DNA of 51,970 nucleotides from Nemertoderma westbladi (lineage: Eukaryota > Animalia > Xenacoelomorpha). Where the stretch lies: positions 1 through 51,970 of the forward strand of contig JAUCBJ010005394.1 in NCBI GenBank assembly GCA_032718475.1, given 5' to 3'. The notes below the pieces were generated by a model. That model was given only the letters and a program-made list of their open reading frames with translations, was not told where the DNA came from and ran no database searches. A program made the position numbers and the translations under genes. Position 1 is the first letter of the stretch. Every line of letters starts with the position of its first letter. This document shows, piece after piece, positions 51,630-51,970 of this stretch.

Positions 51630-51793
51630 CTTCTACGTTCATCCAACTCTCTCCGATGTGCGACCAAAGATGATTGCGTCTGTTTCATTTCGCGTTCCAT
51701 TTGAATATCAGAATTCCTTATTTTTAATTCTTTTTCTTCGAGTTTTTGTTGGAGAACCGCCTCCATTTCCGATTTCATTCTGATGATTCTTTC
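51630..51793 (-). CDS. SEPT7: Septin-7/peanut-like, penultimate exon (gene continues beyond the window)
   Basis: ERIIRMKSEMEAVLQQKLEEKELKIRNSDIQMEREMKQTQSSLVAHRRELDERR aligns with SEPT7 EMEQVFEMKVKEK.QKLKDSE...LE.Q..ELEEKRR. Donor AG|gttggt; 90-nt intron. Confidence 0.88.
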
Positions 51794-51970
51794 CTAAAAT
51801 TAAATTATTAAATTAAAATTATTTTGAAACGAAACAAATTAACCAAAAGCCAGAACTTACAAGCACCGGAAGGTCGATTTAAAAAATACACCAATCATGG
51901 CAAAGAAACAGGTGACAGTAACGTTTTTTTTTTCTAACCAAACATTAAACGATACTCAATATAATTGGTT

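Noticed and set aside
51861-51905. Further septin exon ending at a gtaag donor
   Set aside because: The translation does not resemble the expected septin sequence and no clear acceptor is visible.

Overview
AT-rich eukaryotic genomic DNA, almost certainly from an invertebrate animal: it has GT-AG introns, metazoan gene families, SINE/LINE/MITE debris and many poly-G/poly-C tracts. Well-supported genes are a divergent intronless cytochrome c that lacks the axial Met (2966-3418, -), a two-exon heparan sulfate D-glucuronyl C5-epimerase GLCE (16074-20743, +), a membrane-anchored torsin-family AAA+ protein (40964-42328, +), the polynucleotide 5'-kinase NOL9 (43264-45788, -) and the last two exons of a septin-7/peanut gene (51398-51793, -). 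Less certain are a small ATP synthase subunit e-like exon just upstream of GLCE and a phase-consistent multi-exon gene (about 29.9-40.0 kb, +) whose MAM-like 5' exons carry in-frame stops. Tandem arrays of 42, 45, 91, 39 and 54 bp explain most other long ORFs. A ~45-bp cassette (GAGCAGGTTACAG-N~12-TTCTAACCAAAACAATAAAC) recurs about 13 times inside differently ended elements. All assignments are by eye, with no database search.
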